From Mycolicibacterium sp. (GTDB taxonomy: Bacteria > Actinomycetota > Actinomycetes > Mycobacteriales > Mycobacteriaceae), in the NCBI RefSeq assembly GCF_016462945.1, contig NZ_JAEMSG010000002.1, positions 9,491-73,490 on the forward strand: a stretch of DNA of 64,000 nt. Reading direction: 5' to 3'. The notes below the pieces were generated by a model that was not told the origin of the DNA, searched no databases, and saw nothing but the letters and a program-made list of their open reading frames with translations. Positions 9,731-22,656 of the stretch are shown piece by piece. A program made the position numbers and the translations under genes. Each line of letters begins with the position of its first letter. Position 1 is the first letter of the stretch.

Positions 9731-10570
9731 GTGATGCCCGGTCGCCTGCTGCTCGGTGCCACCCCGCTGGGGCAGGCAGGCGACGCGTCGAAACGCCTGA
9801 TCGACGCGCTGCACGCGGCTGACGTGGTGGCCGCCGAGGACACCCGCCGGGTGCGCACCTTGGCCAAGGCGCTGGATGTCGAGATCACCGGCCGGGTGGT
9901 CAGTCTGTTCGACCAGAACGAGGCGGCTCGAGTGCCCGGCCTGCTGGCCGATATCGCCGCGGGCGCCACGGTGCTGGTCGTCAGCGACGCCGGCATGCCG
10001 CTGATCAACGATCCGGGCTACCGGCTGGTGACGGCGTGCGTGGCGGCAGGGTTGACGGTGTCGTGTATTCCCGGACCGTCGGCGGTGACCACCGCGCTGG
10101 CCGTGTCCGGTCTGCCGTCGGACCGGTTCTGCTTCGAGGGTTTCGGTCCGCGTAAGAAGGCGGCCCGGCGGGCGTGGCTGGCCACCTTTGCCGCCGAGGC
10201 ACGCACGGTGGTGTTCTTCGAATCACCGAGACGACTCGCTGACTGCCTGCGCGACGCCGTCGACGAATTAGGCGCCGAACGCCGTGCGGTGGTGTGCCGG
10301 GAGTTGACCAAGGTTCACGAGGAGATCAGGCGCGGCACGCTCGGTGAGCTCGCGGAGTGGTCGGCTGACGGGGTGCTTGGCGAGATCACCGTGGTGCTGG
10401 GCGGCGCGACTCCGGTCACCGATCCCGAGTCCCTCGTCGCCGAAGTCGGTGTGCTTATTGCCGGCGGGATGCGGGTGAAAGATGCCTGCGCCCGGGTGGT
10501 CGATGCGCATGCGGGCGCCCCATCGCGACGGGAACTTTACGACGCGGTCCTGCGCGCTCGTGGGTCTTGA
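9731..10570 (+). CDS. rsmI: 16S rRNA C1402 2'-O-methyltransferase
   Basis: ATPLG, AAEDTR, SDAGMPLINDPG, FFESPRR, RELTKVHEE motifs. Confidence 0.93.
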   Translation: MMPGRLLLGATPLGQAGDASKRLIDALHAADVVAAEDTRRVRTLAKALDVEITGRVVSLFDQNEAARVPGLLADIAAGATVLVVSDAGMPLINDPGYRLVTACVAAGLTVSCIPGPSAVTTALAVSGLPSDRFCFEGFGPRKKAARRAWLATFAAEARTVVFFESPRRLADCLRDAVDELGAERRAVVCRELTKVHEEIRRGTLGELAEWSADGVLGEITVVLGGATPVTDPESLVAEVGVLIAGGMRVKDACARVVDAHAGAPSRRELYDAVLRARGS

Positions 10571-11790
10571 ACCACGATCGGTGCTGCTTTGTGTAGGCAC
10601 TCCTGCCATTCGGCATCCGCGGCCGAGTCGGCGGTGATGCCGCCACCGACACCGAGTACGGCTCCGCCGCGCGCGTCGAACTCCACGGTGCGGATCGCCA
10701 CATTCAGTTCGCAGCCCGCCACCGGAGACGCCAGGCCCACCGTTCCGCAGTAAACTCCGCGCCGGTGTGGTTCCCACTGCGAAAGAAGTTGTCGCGCGCG
10801 GGTTTTGGGTGTGCCGGTAACCGATGCCGGCGGGAAGGCGGCGTTGAGCAACGCTGAGTTCGGCAGATCAGTCGGCACCTGTGCCGACACTGTCGAGACC
10901 AGATGCCACACTCCGGGTGCCGGGTACACGGCCAGCAGTTCGGTGACGGTCACCGAGCCCGTCACAGCCACCCGCCCGAGGTCGTTACGCACCAGGTCGA
11001 CGATCATGATGTTCTCCGCGACATCCTTGGCTGAAGCGAGTAACTGGCCCGGTTCGGCGTGCCAGGGAAGCGTTCCCTTGATGGGGCTGGAGCGCACCTC
11101 GGTGCCGACCCGGCGCAGAAACAGTTCCGGCGACAGCGAGGCCACCGCACCCCACTCGCCAGCCAGATAGGCCCCTCGAGCCGGGCCGGTTCGTGACACC
11201 GCATCGGCGAAGAAATCCAACGGCGAGCCGACGACCGTGCCAGCGAACTGGGTGCAGACACATGCCTGGTAGACCTCGCCGGCGCGAATTGCCTCAAGGC
11301 AGGACAACACGCCGGCCCGGTGCTGCTCGACATCCGGTTGCTGCCAGGTGATCTCGCAGGGTTGACGAACCGGGGGTACCGCGAGTGCGGCTGACAACCA
11401 GTCCGCACGTGTTTCGCCGGAAAGGCTTTCGAACCACCAGCAGCCGGTCCGGTCCAGGCGAAGCACGCAATCGGTCCATCCGCCTGCCGCTTCCGGAACT
11501 CGCGGCGGAAGTCCGTCGCTACCGGGGTCGGGATAGGACAGGTAGCCGATCCACCCCCCGCCGACGGTGTCGGACTGTGCCGGTGGCGATACCCGGTGGG
11601 GCGAATCGGGGAACACCTCGGCGGGCGGGACCGGTCGCACCGCCACGCTGGGCGCGATCACCGCGGAGGAGCCGAACCATTCGCCGACCAGCGCGGCCGG
11701 CGGTGGTAATCCGCGACTGCGAGCGCCCGCCGCGACCGCGAGCAATACGTCATCGGCAGCGCCGAGCGCACCCAACCGTTCGGTCAGCAT
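10537..11790 (-). CDS. pabB: Aminodeoxychorismate synthase component I
   Basis: GEVYQAC, SPELFL, SPIKGT, KDVAENIMIVDLVRNDLG, FPPASVTGTPK; the N-terminal ORF extension to 11901 is only the repeat. Confidence 0.9.
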   Translation of the reverse strand: MLTERLGALGAADDVLLAVAAGARSRGLPPPAALVGEWFGSSAVIAPSVAVRPVPPAEVFPDSPHRVSPPAQSDTVGGGWIGYLSYPDPGSDGLPPRVPEAAGGWTDCVLRLDRTGCWWFESLSGETRADWLSAALAVPPVRQPCEITWQQPDVEQHRAGVLSCLEAIRAGEVYQACVCTQFAGTVVGSPLDFFADAVSRTGPARGAYLAGEWGAVASLSPELFLRRVGTEVRSSPIKGTLPWHAEPGQLLASAKDVAENIMIVDLVRNDLGRVAVTGSVTVTELLAVYPAPGVWHLVSTVSAQVPTDLPNSALLNAAFPPASVTGTPKTRARQLLSQWEPHRRGVYCGTVGLASPVAGCELNVAIRTVEFDARGGAVLGVGGGITADSAADAEWQECLHKAAPIVVQDPRARRTAS

Positions 11791-11794
11791 GGCT

Positions 11795-13438
11795 CTAGCT
11801 CGCGCCCTCATCGCGGCGCGAGGCCCCGCTCGCGCCCTCATCGCGGCGCGAGGCCCCGCTCGCGCCCTCATCGCGGCGCGAGGCCCCGCTCGCGGCCTCA
11901 TAGCGGGGGAATACCCCGCTCGGCGCCGGCAGCGCGGTGCCCGGCGCCAGGGGTGTGTTCAGGGCGGCGAAGTCGCGCTGACCGGAGGATTGACCCAGCA
12001 GGTCAAGCAATCTGGCGGCTGAGTCCGGCATGACCGGCTGTACCAATATCGACGCTGTCCGCACCGCCTCCAGTGTCGTGTAAAGCACGGTGCGGAAGCG
12101 GATCTGATCGGCTTGCGCCTCTGACTTACGCAGCACCCAGGGTTCCTGGGCTGAGAAGTACCGGTTCGCCGCACCGAGCATCAGCCAGATCGCCTCCAGC
12201 CCCTGATGTATCGCCTGGTCGTCGAAGGCGGCGCGGACGCGCTGCAACAGACCGCCGGCCAGGGTCAGCAGTTCGGTGTCCTCGGCACTGAACTCGCCCG
12301 GTTCGGGCACGCGGGCGTCGAGGTTCTTGTTCACCATCGACAGCGAGCGCTGTGCCAGGTTGCCCAACTCGTTGGCCAGATCGGTGTTGATCCGAGTGAT
12401 AATGCCCTCTTCGCTGTAGCTGCCGTCTTGGCCGAACGGGACCTCGCGCAGCAGGAAGTAGCGAACCTGATCGACGCCGAAGCTGTTCACCAATGACACC
12501 GGGTCGACGACGTTTCCGACCGACTTGCTCATCTTCTCGCCGCGGTTGTAAAGGAATCCGTGCGCAAACACCCTGCGCGGTAGGGGGATTCCCGCCGACA
12601 TCAAAAACGCCGGCCAGTACACGGTGTGGAAACGGATGATGTCCTTCCCGATCATGTGCAGATCGGCAGGCCAGTAACGTTGGTAGAGAGCCGAATCCGT
12701 GTCCGGATAGCCTGCTCCGGTCAGGTAGTTGGTCAATGCGTCGACCCACACGTACATCACGTGGTCAGGGTCCCCGGGCACCGGGACGCCCCAGGTAAAC
12801 GACGTGCGCGATATCGACAGGTCGCGCAGGCCGCCGGAGACGAAGCTCACCACTTCGTTGCGGCGCACCTCCGGAGCGATGAAGTGCGGATTCTCGTTGT
12901 AGTGCGCCAGCAGGCGCTCGGCGTAGGCCGACAGCCGGAAGAAGTAGGTCTGCTCCTCGGTCCAGGTGACCGGCGTGCCGGTCTCGGTGGCGACCCGGGT
13001 GTGGTCGGTCCCGACTTCGGTCTCTGCGTCGGTGAAGAACCGCTCGTCGCGCACCGAATACCAGCCGGAGTAGCTGTCGAGGTAGATATCGCCCTGTGCG
13101 ACCATCTGCTGCCAGATCGCCGTCGACGCGGCGTAGTGGTCGGGGTCGGTGGTGCGGATGAACCGGTCGAAGGAGATGTTCAGCAGCTCCTCCAATCGCT
13201 GGAACTGATCGGAGTTGCGGCGGGCGAAATCAGCGGTCGGTATGCCCTCGGCGGCGGCAGCCTGGGCCATCTTCAAGCCGTGCTCGTCGGTACCGGTCAA
13301 GAACCGCACATCGAAACCGTCCAGCCGCTTGAACCGGGCGATCGCATCGGTGGCAACGTACTCGTACGCATGCCCGACGTGCGGTGCGCCGTTGGGATAG
13401 GCGATCGCGGTGGTCAGGTAGTACGGGATCTTGCTCAT
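11795..13438 (-). CDS. metG: Methionyl-tRNA synthetase with repeat-encoded C-terminal tail
   Basis: [10 protein letters not shown] (HIGH), GTDEHG, KMSKS motifs; ends in ([10 protein letters not shown])-type repeats. Confidence 0.96.
   Translation of the reverse strand: MSKIPYYLTTAIAYPNGAPHVGHAYEYVATDAIARFKRLDGFDVRFLTGTDEHGLKMAQAAAAEGIPTADFARRNSDQFQRLEELLNISFDRFIRTTDPDHYAASTAIWQQMVAQGDIYLDSYSGWYSVRDERFFTDAETEVGTDHTRVATETGTPVTWTEEQTYFFRLSAYAERLLAHYNENPHFIAPEVRRNEVVSFVSGGLRDLSISRTSFTWGVPVPGDPDHVMYVWVDALTNYLTGAGYPDTDSALYQRYWPADLHMIGKDIIRFHTVYWPAFLMSAGIPLPRRVFAHGFLYNRGEKMSKSVGNVVDPVSLVNSFGVDQVRYFLLREVPFGQDGSYSEEGIITRINTDLANELGNLAQRSLSMVNKNLDARVPEPGEFSAEDTELLTLAGGLLQRVRAAFDDQAIHQGLEAIWLMLGAANRYFSAQEPWVLRKSEAQADQIRFRTVLYTTLEAVRTASILVQPVMPDSAARLLDLLGQSSGQRDFAALNTPLAPGTALPAPSGVFPRYEAASGASRRDEGASGASRRDEGASGASRRDEGAS
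11798..11902. repeat. 30-bp tandem repeat (3 exact copies plus a degenerate partial), MIRU/VNTR-like
   Basis: GCTCGCGCCCTCATCGCGGCGCGAGGCCCC x3 at 11798-11887, then GCTCGCGGCCTCATA. Confidence 0.95.
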
Positions 13439-13464
13439 GTCAGGATCACCTTATTGTGTGGGGC

Positions 13465-14295
13465 GTGAGTTCGAAGCGTCCGGCGCCACCGCCCCCGAAG
13501 CCGTTGACGCCGCTGGTCGATGCCCACACGCACCTGGACGCCTGCGGTGCGCGAACCGCAAGGGATGTATGCGGGATCCTCGACCGCGCTGAGGCCGTCG
13601 GAGTGGGAGCCGTGGTGACTATCGCCGACGACCTGGACTCGGCGCGCTGGGCGGCGACAGCCACCGAATGGGATGAGCGGGTCTACGCCGCGGTCGGACT
13701 GCACCCCACCCGCGCTGACACTCTCACCGACGCGGCCCGCGTCGAGATCGAGGAGTTGGCCTCCGCGCCGCGCGTGGTGGCCATCGGCGAGACCGGTATT
13801 GACCTGTACTGGCCCGGCAAGCTCGGCGGGTGTGCACAGCCGGACAGCCAGCGCGAGGCCTTCGCCTGGCATATCGACCTTGCCAAGCGCACCGGCAAGC
13901 CGTTGATGATCCACAACCGCGAGGCCGATGACGAGATTCTGGACGTGTTGGGTGCCGAAGGCGCCCCGGAGACGGTGATCTTCCACTGCTTCTCGTCCGG
14001 TCCGGGGATGGCGAAGACATGTATCGACGCCGGCTGGATCCTCAGCCTCTCGGGCACGGTGAGTTTCAAGAACTCCCATGCACTGCGCGAGGCAGCCGCG
14101 CTTATTCCGCCCGGACAACTGCTGGTGGAAACCGACGCCCCATTTCTCACCCCGCACCCGTTCCGGGGCGCGCCCAATGAGCCGTATTGCCTGCCGTACA
14201 CCGTCCGCGCGCTGGCCGACCTGCTGGACCTGCCTGCTGAACAGGTGGCCCACGACACCGCCGCGACCGCCCGGCGCGTCTACGGAATCGGCTGA
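13465..14295 (+). CDS. tatD: TatD family deoxyribonuclease
   Basis: DAHTH, GLHP, IGETGID, IHNR, FHCFS, ETDAPFL; GTG 13465 lies 7 nt after TATTGT. Confidence 0.92.
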   Translation: MSSKRPAPPPPKPLTPLVDAHTHLDACGARTARDVCGILDRAEAVGVGAVVTIADDLDSARWAATATEWDERVYAAVGLHPTRADTLTDAARVEIEELASAPRVVAIGETGIDLYWPGKLGGCAQPDSQREAFAWHIDLAKRTGKPLMIHNREADDEILDVLGAEGAPETVIFHCFSSGPGMAKTCIDAGWILSLSGTVSFKNSHALREAAALIPPGQLLVETDAPFLTPHPFRGAPNEPYCLPYTVRALADLLDLPAEQVAHDTAATARRVYGIG

Positions 14296-14306
14296 CCAGG
14301 GGCTGA

Positions 14307-16405
<2,099 letters not shown>

Positions 16406-16426
16406 CCGGCGCGATACCCTCGTGTC

Positions 16427-17377
16427 GTGCCCAACACTGGCAGCATCGCTGCGCAATGGGTGCCGACCGGGTCGGTGACGGTCCGGGTCCCGGGCAAGGT
16501 GAATCTGTTCCTCGGCGTCGGTGACCGGCGACCCGATGGCTATCACGAGCTGACCACCGTCTTCCACGCCGTCTCGCTCTCCGACGAGGTCACCGTGCGC
16601 GATGCCGATGTGCTGTCGCTGCGGCTCGTCGGTGAGGGTGCTGACGAGGTGCCTACCGACGCCCGCAACCTGGCGTGGCAGGCTGCCGAGTTGATGGCCG
16701 AGCGTGTCGGTCGCGCACCAGACGTGGAGATCACCATCGTCAAGTCGATCCCGGTGGCCGGCGGGATGGCCGGCGGTAGCGCGGACGCCGCCGCCGTGCT
16801 GGTTGGGATCAACGCGCTGTGGGAACTGGGTGTGCCGCGCCGGGATCTCCACGCGATGGCCGCACGACTTGGTAGCGATGTACCCTTCTCATTGCATGGT
16901 GGTACGGCACTGGGCACCGGCCGAGGCGAAGAACTGACAACTGTGTTGTCCCGCAATACCTTTCACTGGGTGCTTGCCTTCGCCATCGACGGGCTTTCGA
17001 CCGCTTCGGTCTATTCGGAGATCGACCGCTTGCGCGAGGCGGGCGAGCCCCCGCGGCTGTCGGATCCCGAGCCGCTGCTGACAGCGCTTTCCGCCGGCGA
17101 CCCATACGGGCTTGCGCCGCTACTGGGCAATGACCTGCAACCGGCGGCGCTGAGTTTGGAGCCGAACCTGCGGCGCACGCTGCGCGCGGGCACCGAGGCC
17201 GGCGCACTGGCCGGTATCGTCTCCGGCTCCGGACCGACGTGCGCATTTTTGTGCTCCTCGGGGGACGCGGCGGTGGAGGTCAGCGCCGAGTTGGCTGGCG
17301 CGGGGGTGTGCCGAACGGTTCGGGTGGCCAGTGGGCCGGTGCACGGGGCCCGTGTGGTGCCTTCGGCCGACGACTGA
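16427..17377 (+). CDS. ispE: 4-diphosphocytidyl-2C-methyl-D-erythritol kinase
   Basis: [37 protein letters not shown] motifs. Confidence 0.95.
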   Translation: MPNTGSIAAQWVPTGSVTVRVPGKVNLFLGVGDRRPDGYHELTTVFHAVSLSDEVTVRDADVLSLRLVGEGADEVPTDARNLAWQAAELMAERVGRAPDVEITIVKSIPVAGGMAGGSADAAAVLVGINALWELGVPRRDLHAMAARLGSDVPFSLHGGTALGTGRGEELTTVLSRNTFHWVLAFAIDGLSTASVYSEIDRLREAGEPPRLSDPEPLLTALSAGDPYGLAPLLGNDLQPAALSLEPNLRRTLRAGTEAGALAGIVSGSGPTCAFLCSSGDAAVEVSAELAGAGVCRTVRVASGPVHGARVVPSADD

Positions 17378-17474
17378 GAGCTGGCCCGACGACTGACAGC
17401 CGGCCGACGAGCAGGAGCCGGTCAACCGGTGACACCGAAATGTGACACGGTCGCGGGCGGGGGAGCTTGGCGTG

Positions 17475-17495
17475 ATCTTAAGAAAAGTTTAAGAT
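17475..17495. promoter_or_regulatory. AT-rich inverted repeat, candidate operator
   Basis: ATCTTAA-GAAAAGT-TTAAGAT in the 350-bp ispE-FAAL intergenic region. Confidence 0.4.
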
Positions 17496-17727
17496 GAACC
17501 GCAATGATCACCAACGGCCAGAAAACGCCAGCCTGCGGATCGCCCGACGCCAATCACGGTCGGCGGTCAGGCGGTGGTGTCAGGGACGGTGCATCACCGA
17601 TTCGAGACCCAAAAGCTCCACAGTTGCCCGGGCGCGCCGCCTGGGCGACAGCCCGCGCCGGGCGGAGCATAACTATCCGGGCTAGTGCGCCGTCGGCGAC
17701 GGTAGGCCGGATGCCGAGGAGGTCGTC

Positions 17728-19362
17728 GTGAGCCGTTTCACGGACAAGATGTTCCACAGCGCCATGACCAGTGACAAGGGTATGGTCACCGGCGAGCCCG
17801 AGGAGTCGGTCCGGCACACCTGGCGTGAAGTGTACGAACGTGCCCGGCGCATCGCCGGCGGCCTCGCCGCCGCGGGCGTGGGGAGAGGCGATGCGGTCGG
17901 CGTTCTGGCTGGCGCGCCGGTGGAGATCGCACCGACCGCCCAGGCTCTGTGGATGCGCGGCGCCAGCCTGACCATGCTGCACCAGCCCACCCCGCGCACC
18001 AACCTCGAGCACTGGGCGAAGGACACCGCCAACGTGATCGACATGATCGAGGCCAAAGTGGTCGTGATCTCGGAGCCGTTCCTGGTGGCCGCGCCGATTC
18101 TGGCCGCCCGCGGTGTGAAGGTCCTCACGGTCGAGGAATTGCTGGCCACCGATCCGGTCGACCCATTGGAGACCGGCGAGGACGACGTCGCCCTGATGCA
18201 GCTGACGTCCGGTTCCACCGGTTCGCCAAAGGCCGTGGTGATCACCCACCGCAACATTCACTCCAATGCTGAGGCCATGTTCGTCGGCGCCGGATATGAC
18301 GCTGCCACCGACGTCATGGTCAGCTGGCTACCCTGCTTCCACGATATGGGCATGGTCGGCTTCCTGACCGTCCCGATGTACTTCGGCGCCGAACTGGTCA
18401 AAGTCACCCCGCTGGACTTCCTGCGGGACACGCTGCTGTGGGCCAAGCTCATCGACAAGTACAAGGGCACCATGACCGCGGCGCCCAACTTCGCCTACGC
18501 CCTGTTCGCCAAACGACTGCGCCGCCAAGCCAAGCCGGGCGAGTTCGATCTGTCGACACTGCGATTCGCGTTGTCCGGTGCCGAGCCCGTCGACCCCTCC
18601 GACGTTGAGGATCTGCTGGAGGCCGGTAAGCCGTTCGGGCTGCGGCCGGAAGCCATCCTGCCGGCCTACGGCATGGCCGAGACGACCCTGGCGGTGTCGT
18701 TCTCCGAGTGTGGCGCCGGACTGGTGGTCGACGAGGTCGACGCCGATCTGCTGGCTGCACTGCGCCGTGCTGTCCCGGCCACCAAGGGCAACACCCGCAG
18801 GCTGGCCTCGCTGGGTCCACTGCTGCAGGATCTCGAGGCTCGCATCGTCGACGAGGGGAGTAACTTATTGCCGCCGCGTGGTGTCGGCGTCATCGAACTG
18901 CGTGGTGAATCGTTGACCACGGGCTACATCACCATGGGCGGCTTCGTCGCGGCGCAGGACGAGGACGGGTGGTATGACACCGGAGACCTCGGTTACCTGA
19001 CCGAGGAGGGACACGTCGTGGTGTGCGGCCGGGTTAAAGACGTGATCATCATGGCCGGGCGCAATATCTATCCCACCGATATCGAACGCGCCGCGGGAAC
19101 GGTCGAGGGTGTGCGGCCAGGCTGTGCCGTCGCGGTTCGATTGGAGGCGGGTCACTCACGGGAGACCTTTGCAGTGGCCGTCGAATCCAACGAGTGGGAG
19201 GAACCCGCCGAGGTGCGCCGTATCGAGCAGCAGGTCGCTCACGCGGTTGTCGGCGAGGTGGGTGTGCGGCCGCGCAATGTGGTGGTCCTCGGGCCGGGCA
19301 CCATTCCGAAGACGCCATCGGGAAAGCTGCGCCGCGCGAACTCGGTCGCGCTGGTCACCTAG
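17728..19362 (+). CDS. pks16: Fatty acyl-AMP ligase (Rv1013/pks16 ortholog; adenylation enzyme, not a PKS)
   Basis: [43 protein letters not shown]; synteny. Confidence 0.85.
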   Translation: MSRFTDKMFHSAMTSDKGMVTGEPEESVRHTWREVYERARRIAGGLAAAGVGRGDAVGVLAGAPVEIAPTAQALWMRGASLTMLHQPTPRTNLEHWAKDTANVIDMIEAKVVVISEPFLVAAPILAARGVKVLTVEELLATDPVDPLETGEDDVALMQLTSGSTGSPKAVVITHRNIHSNAEAMFVGAGYDAATDVMVSWLPCFHDMGMVGFLTVPMYFGAELVKVTPLDFLRDTLLWAKLIDKYKGTMTAAPNFAYALFAKRLRRQAKPGEFDLSTLRFALSGAEPVDPSDVEDLLEAGKPFGLRPEAILPAYGMAETTLAVSFSECGAGLVVDEVDADLLAALRRAVPATKGNTRRLASLGPLLQDLEARIVDEGSNLLPPRGVGVIELRGESLTTGYITMGGFVAAQDEDGWYDTGDLGYLTEEGHVVVCGRVKDVIIMAGRNIYPTDIERAAGTVEGVRPGCAVAVRLEAGHSRETFAVAVESNEWEEPAEVRRIEQQVAHAVVGEVGVRPRNVVVLGPGTIPKTPSGKLRRANSVALVT

Positions 19363-19393
19363 TCGCCCTCGCGGCCGTCGGTACGACGCGTGG

Positions 19394-19993
19394 TCACCAG
19401 CCGTGGACGAGGTTCTGCGCTGACTCCAGGCCCGTCTCGATGAGTAACTCGGTGGCATCTGCTGCCTGTGCGCAGATCGCGGGCACCTCGTCGCGCTCAG
19501 CTGCGGTGAAGGTCTCCAGTACGAACGCCGCTGGATCTTTGCGTCCGGGCGGGCGCCCTATGCCGATTCGGACTCGCTGAAAGTCCTTGGTGCCCAGCGC
19601 ATTCACCACGGATCGGAGTCCGTTGTGACCGCCCTCGCCGCCGCCAACCTTGAGGCGGATTCTGCCGAAGTCGATATCGAGCTCGTCGTGGATGACGATC
19701 ACGTCGGCGGCAGACACCGAGTAGAACTTTGCCAGTGGGCCGACGTGTCGGCCGGACTCGTTCATGTAGGCCCGCGGTTTTGCCAAGATGACGGAGCGGT
19801 TTCCGAGCCGGCCGGTGACGATATCGGCCCCGGATCGCTTGTGCACTTTGAACGGTGCACCGAGGCGTGCGGCGAGCAGGTCGGCGACCATGAACCCGAC
19901 GTTATGCCGGGTCTTGGCATACTGCGGTCCGGGGTTGCCCAGGCCGACAACCAGCAGTGGGCCCCTCCCGCCTGCGGGGGATGGCTCGGCCAT
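19394..19993 (-). CDS. pth: Peptidyl-tRNA hydrolase
   Basis: [26 protein letters not shown]. Confidence 0.95.
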   Translation of the reverse strand: MAEPSPAGGRGPLLVVGLGNPGPQYAKTRHNVGFMVADLLAARLGAPFKVHKRSGADIVTGRLGNRSVILAKPRAYMNESGRHVGPLAKFYSVSAADVIVIHDELDIDFGRIRLKVGGGEGGHNGLRSVVNALGTKDFQRVRIGIGRPPGRKDPAAFVLETFTAAERDEVPAICAQAADATELLIETGLESAQNLVHGW

Positions 19994-20011
19994 ATTCGTG
20001 ACTGGGCCGGC

Positions 20012-20683
20012 TTACTCGGACTCGGCCGATTCGCCCCCGGCGTCGGCCCCGGCCTCGGCCGTGCTCTCGGTTTCGGCGGCCTGCTCCTCGACCGACTCGC
20101 CGCCGCCCTCGGACTCCAGGTCCTCAGCGGTCGGCGCCGCGACAATGTTGACCACCAGCATGTCCGGATCGCTGATCAGGATGACGCCGCTGGGCAGTAC
20201 GACCTGGCTCGCCAGGATCTGGGTGCCCTCCTCGACGCCTTCGACCGACACGGTCAGGCCATCGGGGATCGACAGCGCCTCCGCCTCGATCTCGATTGTG
20301 GAGGCGTCCTGGGTGACCAGCGTGCCGGACGCGGCCTCGCCCTCGATGGTGACCGCGACCTCCACGACCACCTTCTCGCCGCGCCGGATCACGATCAGGT
20401 CGGCGTGCTCGATATTGCGGCGCACCGGGTGCATTGTCAGAGCCTTGGTCAGCGCCAACTGTTCGGTGCCGTTGATGTCGAGGCTCAGCACCGCGTTGGT
20501 TCCCGAGTTGCGCAGCACCGCGGCGTAGTCGCGGGCATTGAGTACGAGGTGTTGGGGATCGGCTCCGTGGCCGTAGAGCACTGCGGGTACTTTGCCCTCG
20601 CGCCGCGCCTGGCGGGACGCGCCCTTGCCGGTGCGAGTGCGCACTTCAACGCTCAGCTTGTTGGTGGTGTCGCCTTTTGCCAT
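20012..20683 (-). CDS. rplY: 50S ribosomal protein L25/Ctc
   Basis: [33 protein letters not shown], acidic tail; ATG 20683 with AGGAG RBS. Confidence 0.95.
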   Translation of the reverse strand: MAKGDTTNKLSVEVRTRTGKGASRQARREGKVPAVLYGHGADPQHLVLNARDYAAVLRNSGTNAVLSLDINGTEQLALTKALTMHPVRRNIEHADLIVIRRGEKVVVEVAVTIEGEAASGTLVTQDASTIEIEAEALSIPDGLTVSVEGVEEGTQILASQVVLPSGVILISDPDMLVVNIVAAPTAEDLESEGGGESVEEQAAETESTAEAGADAGGESAESE

Positions 20684-20714
20684 GGTGATGCTCCTGCCCT
20701 CGGGGGTGATACCG

Positions 20715-20788
20715 CACGGCGAGGACGGGCATGAAGCGTGAATTGCTTCGGCCTCGCCGATAACGGTGGTTGGACCACCCTCGCCGTG
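20715..20788 (-). promoter_or_regulatory. Structured rplY 5' leader (candidate ribosomal-protein leader)
   Basis: Perfect 10-bp stem CACGGCGAGG (20715-24) / CCTCGCCGTG (20779-88) enclosing a GGTGG/CCACC hairpin, about 30 nt upstream of the start. Confidence 0.5.
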
Positions 20789-20886
20789 ACGCACCCCAAG
20801 ATTAGCCGACGGAGCCTCCAGAGCGGAAATTCAGTGCCGGTGAACTGCTCGGACAGCGCCCACAGCGCGCAGGCTGAGGGGTCGAG

Positions 20887-21555
20887 CTACCTGACGGTGA
20901 CGTTGAATCCGTTGATGATCTGACCGATATCGGGCGCCAGCGCAGACGCCTGGTCCGCCAGCGTCGTGACGGTCAGTTGAACCAGGTAGCGCTCGAACCT
21001 CGGCGCGGGGGTTACCGGTATGACGACGCGGTTATAGGTGTGCAATCGGTCCTGGCCGAGGTCGTAGCTGCCCTCGATCATCGACGATGGAAACCCCTTG
21101 AAATCGTCACTGGAGGAATTCAGTTTGGTGAAGTTCCGTGACAACTCGGCGTCGGCATCGGCATGCTTCAGTGCCAACTGCACATCGAAGTCCCCGTCGA
21201 GCTTGAACACCATGACAAGTGCCGTCGGATACGTATTGTTCTTGGCGATCGCCTCGGTGCCGGGGGAGAAGCTCGGGTTGGCGTACGTGGTCCAGCCGGG
21301 TGGCCTGGGCAGCCTGACAGTCAGATCGGTGAGCTTGTCGAGGGGGATTTGCTGGCCGGTCACGCCGGCACTGGCCAGGTACTGGGCGATCGGCGTCGGC
21401 GTGGTGGACGTGCTCTGCGTGCTCTCAGTACTTTTCGCGCTGGTGGTCACGATCGAGGAATAATCGGCCGTGCGTGCGCCACACCCCGCCGCGCCCACCG
21501 CCGCGGCTAGAACCACTGCGACAGCACCGAAACCTCTTATGGAACTAGCAATCAT
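20887..21555 (-). CDS. lpqT: Lipoprotein LpqT (Rv1016c-like)
   Basis: Lipobox AAGC; LPRPPGW and MIEGSY motifs; located between prs and rplY. Confidence 0.8.
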   Translation of the reverse strand: MIASSIRGFGAVAVVLAAAVGAAGCGARTADYSSIVTTSAKSTESTQSTSTTPTPIAQYLASAGVTGQQIPLDKLTDLTVRLPRPPGWTTYANPSFSPGTEAIAKNNTYPTALVMVFKLDGDFDVQLALKHADADAELSRNFTKLNSSSDDFKGFPSSMIEGSYDLGQDRLHTYNRVVIPVTPAPRFERYLVQLTVTTLADQASALAPDIGQIINGFNVTVR

Positions 21556-21566
21556 CGCAGACGACT

Positions 21567-22547
21567 CTACGCGTCTCCGTCGAAAAGACCTGTCACCGAA
21601 CCGTTTTCGAACACCGCGCGGATGGTGCTGGCCAGCAGCGGGGCAATCGAGAGCACAGTCAACTGCGGGAACCGCTTGGAATCGTCGATCGGCAGGGTGT
21701 TGGTGACGATCACCTCGCGGGCACCGCTGGCGGCAAGGCGCTCGGCAGCCGGATCAGAAAGGACGCCGTGGGTGGCGGCGATGATGACATCGCTGGCCCC
21801 GTCGTCGTGCAGCAATTTGACCGCACCGGCGATGGTGCCGCCGGTGTCGATCATATCGTCGGTCAGCACGCAGGTTTTGCCCTCCACCTCACCGACGACC
21901 CGGTTGGACACCACCTGATTGGGCACCCGGGGATCGCGGGTCTTGTGAATGAAGGCCAGCGGCGTCCCGCCGAGGGCGTCAGCCCATTTCTCAGCGACAC
22001 GCACCCGGCCGGAGTCCGGCGACACCACGACCATGTTCTCGGTCGCGTAGTTGTCCGTGATGTAGCCGGTCAGCAGATTTTGGGCGCGCATATGGTCGAC
22101 TGGGCCGTCGAAGAATCCCTGGATCTGGTCAGTGTGTAAATCCACGGTGACGATCCGGTCGGCACCGGCGGTCTTGAGGAGGTCAGCGACCAGCCGTGCC
22201 GAGATCGGCTCGCGGCCGCGATGCTTCTTATCCTGCCGGGCATAGGGGTAGAACGGCACCACCGCGGTGATCCGTTTGGCGCTGCCGCGCTTGAGGGCGT
22301 CGATCATGATCAGCTGTTCCATGAACCACGTGTTCAGCGGCGCGGGATGGGACTGCAACACGAAGGCGTCGCAGCCGCGCACCGACTCGTCGAACCGCAC
22401 GAAGATCTCCCCGTTGGCGAAATCGCGCGCGGTCTGGGCGGTCACATGGATATCGAGTTCCTTGGCGACCTGCTCGGCCAGCTCCGGGTGCGCTCGGCCG
22501 GAGAAGAGCATCAGGTTCTTGCGGTTGTCGCTCCAGTCCGTGCCCAC
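21567..22547 (-). CDS. prs: Ribose-phosphate pyrophosphokinase
   Basis: FANGE, PYARQDKK, VSPDSG, DDMIDTGGT. Confidence 0.97.
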   Translation of the reverse strand: MGTDWSDNRKNLMLFSGRAHPELAEQVAKELDIHVTAQTARDFANGEIFVRFDESVRGCDAFVLQSHPAPLNTWFMEQLIMIDALKRGSAKRITAVVPFYPYARQDKKHRGREPISARLVADLLKTAGADRIVTVDLHTDQIQGFFDGPVDHMRAQNLLTGYITDNYATENMVVVSPDSGRVRVAEKWADALGGTPLAFIHKTRDPRVPNQVVSNRVVGEVEGKTCVLTDDMIDTGGTIAGAVKLLHDDGASDVIIAATHGVLSDPAAERLAASGAREVIVTNTLPIDDSKRFPQLTVLSIAPLLASTIRAVFENGSVTGLFDGDA

Positions 22548-22656
22548 TGTGCCCTGCCCTCAGCCGTCGGGATCGAATATGGAAGTCATGGTACGTAGCA
22601 CTTATGGTACGGAGCTGGAAGCCGTGCGGGTCGTCGGGGCGCGCTGTTCGGTGGAC

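Noticed and set aside
10537-11901. 454-aa PabB with a long N-terminal extension
   Set aside because: The extension is just the 30-bp repeat read in the pabB frame; the conventional start is ATG 11790.
17366-17413. Degenerate 18-19 bp GCCGACGACTGA repeats at the ispE 3' end
   Set aside because: Only about 2.5 poorly conserved copies; may be a trivial local duplication.
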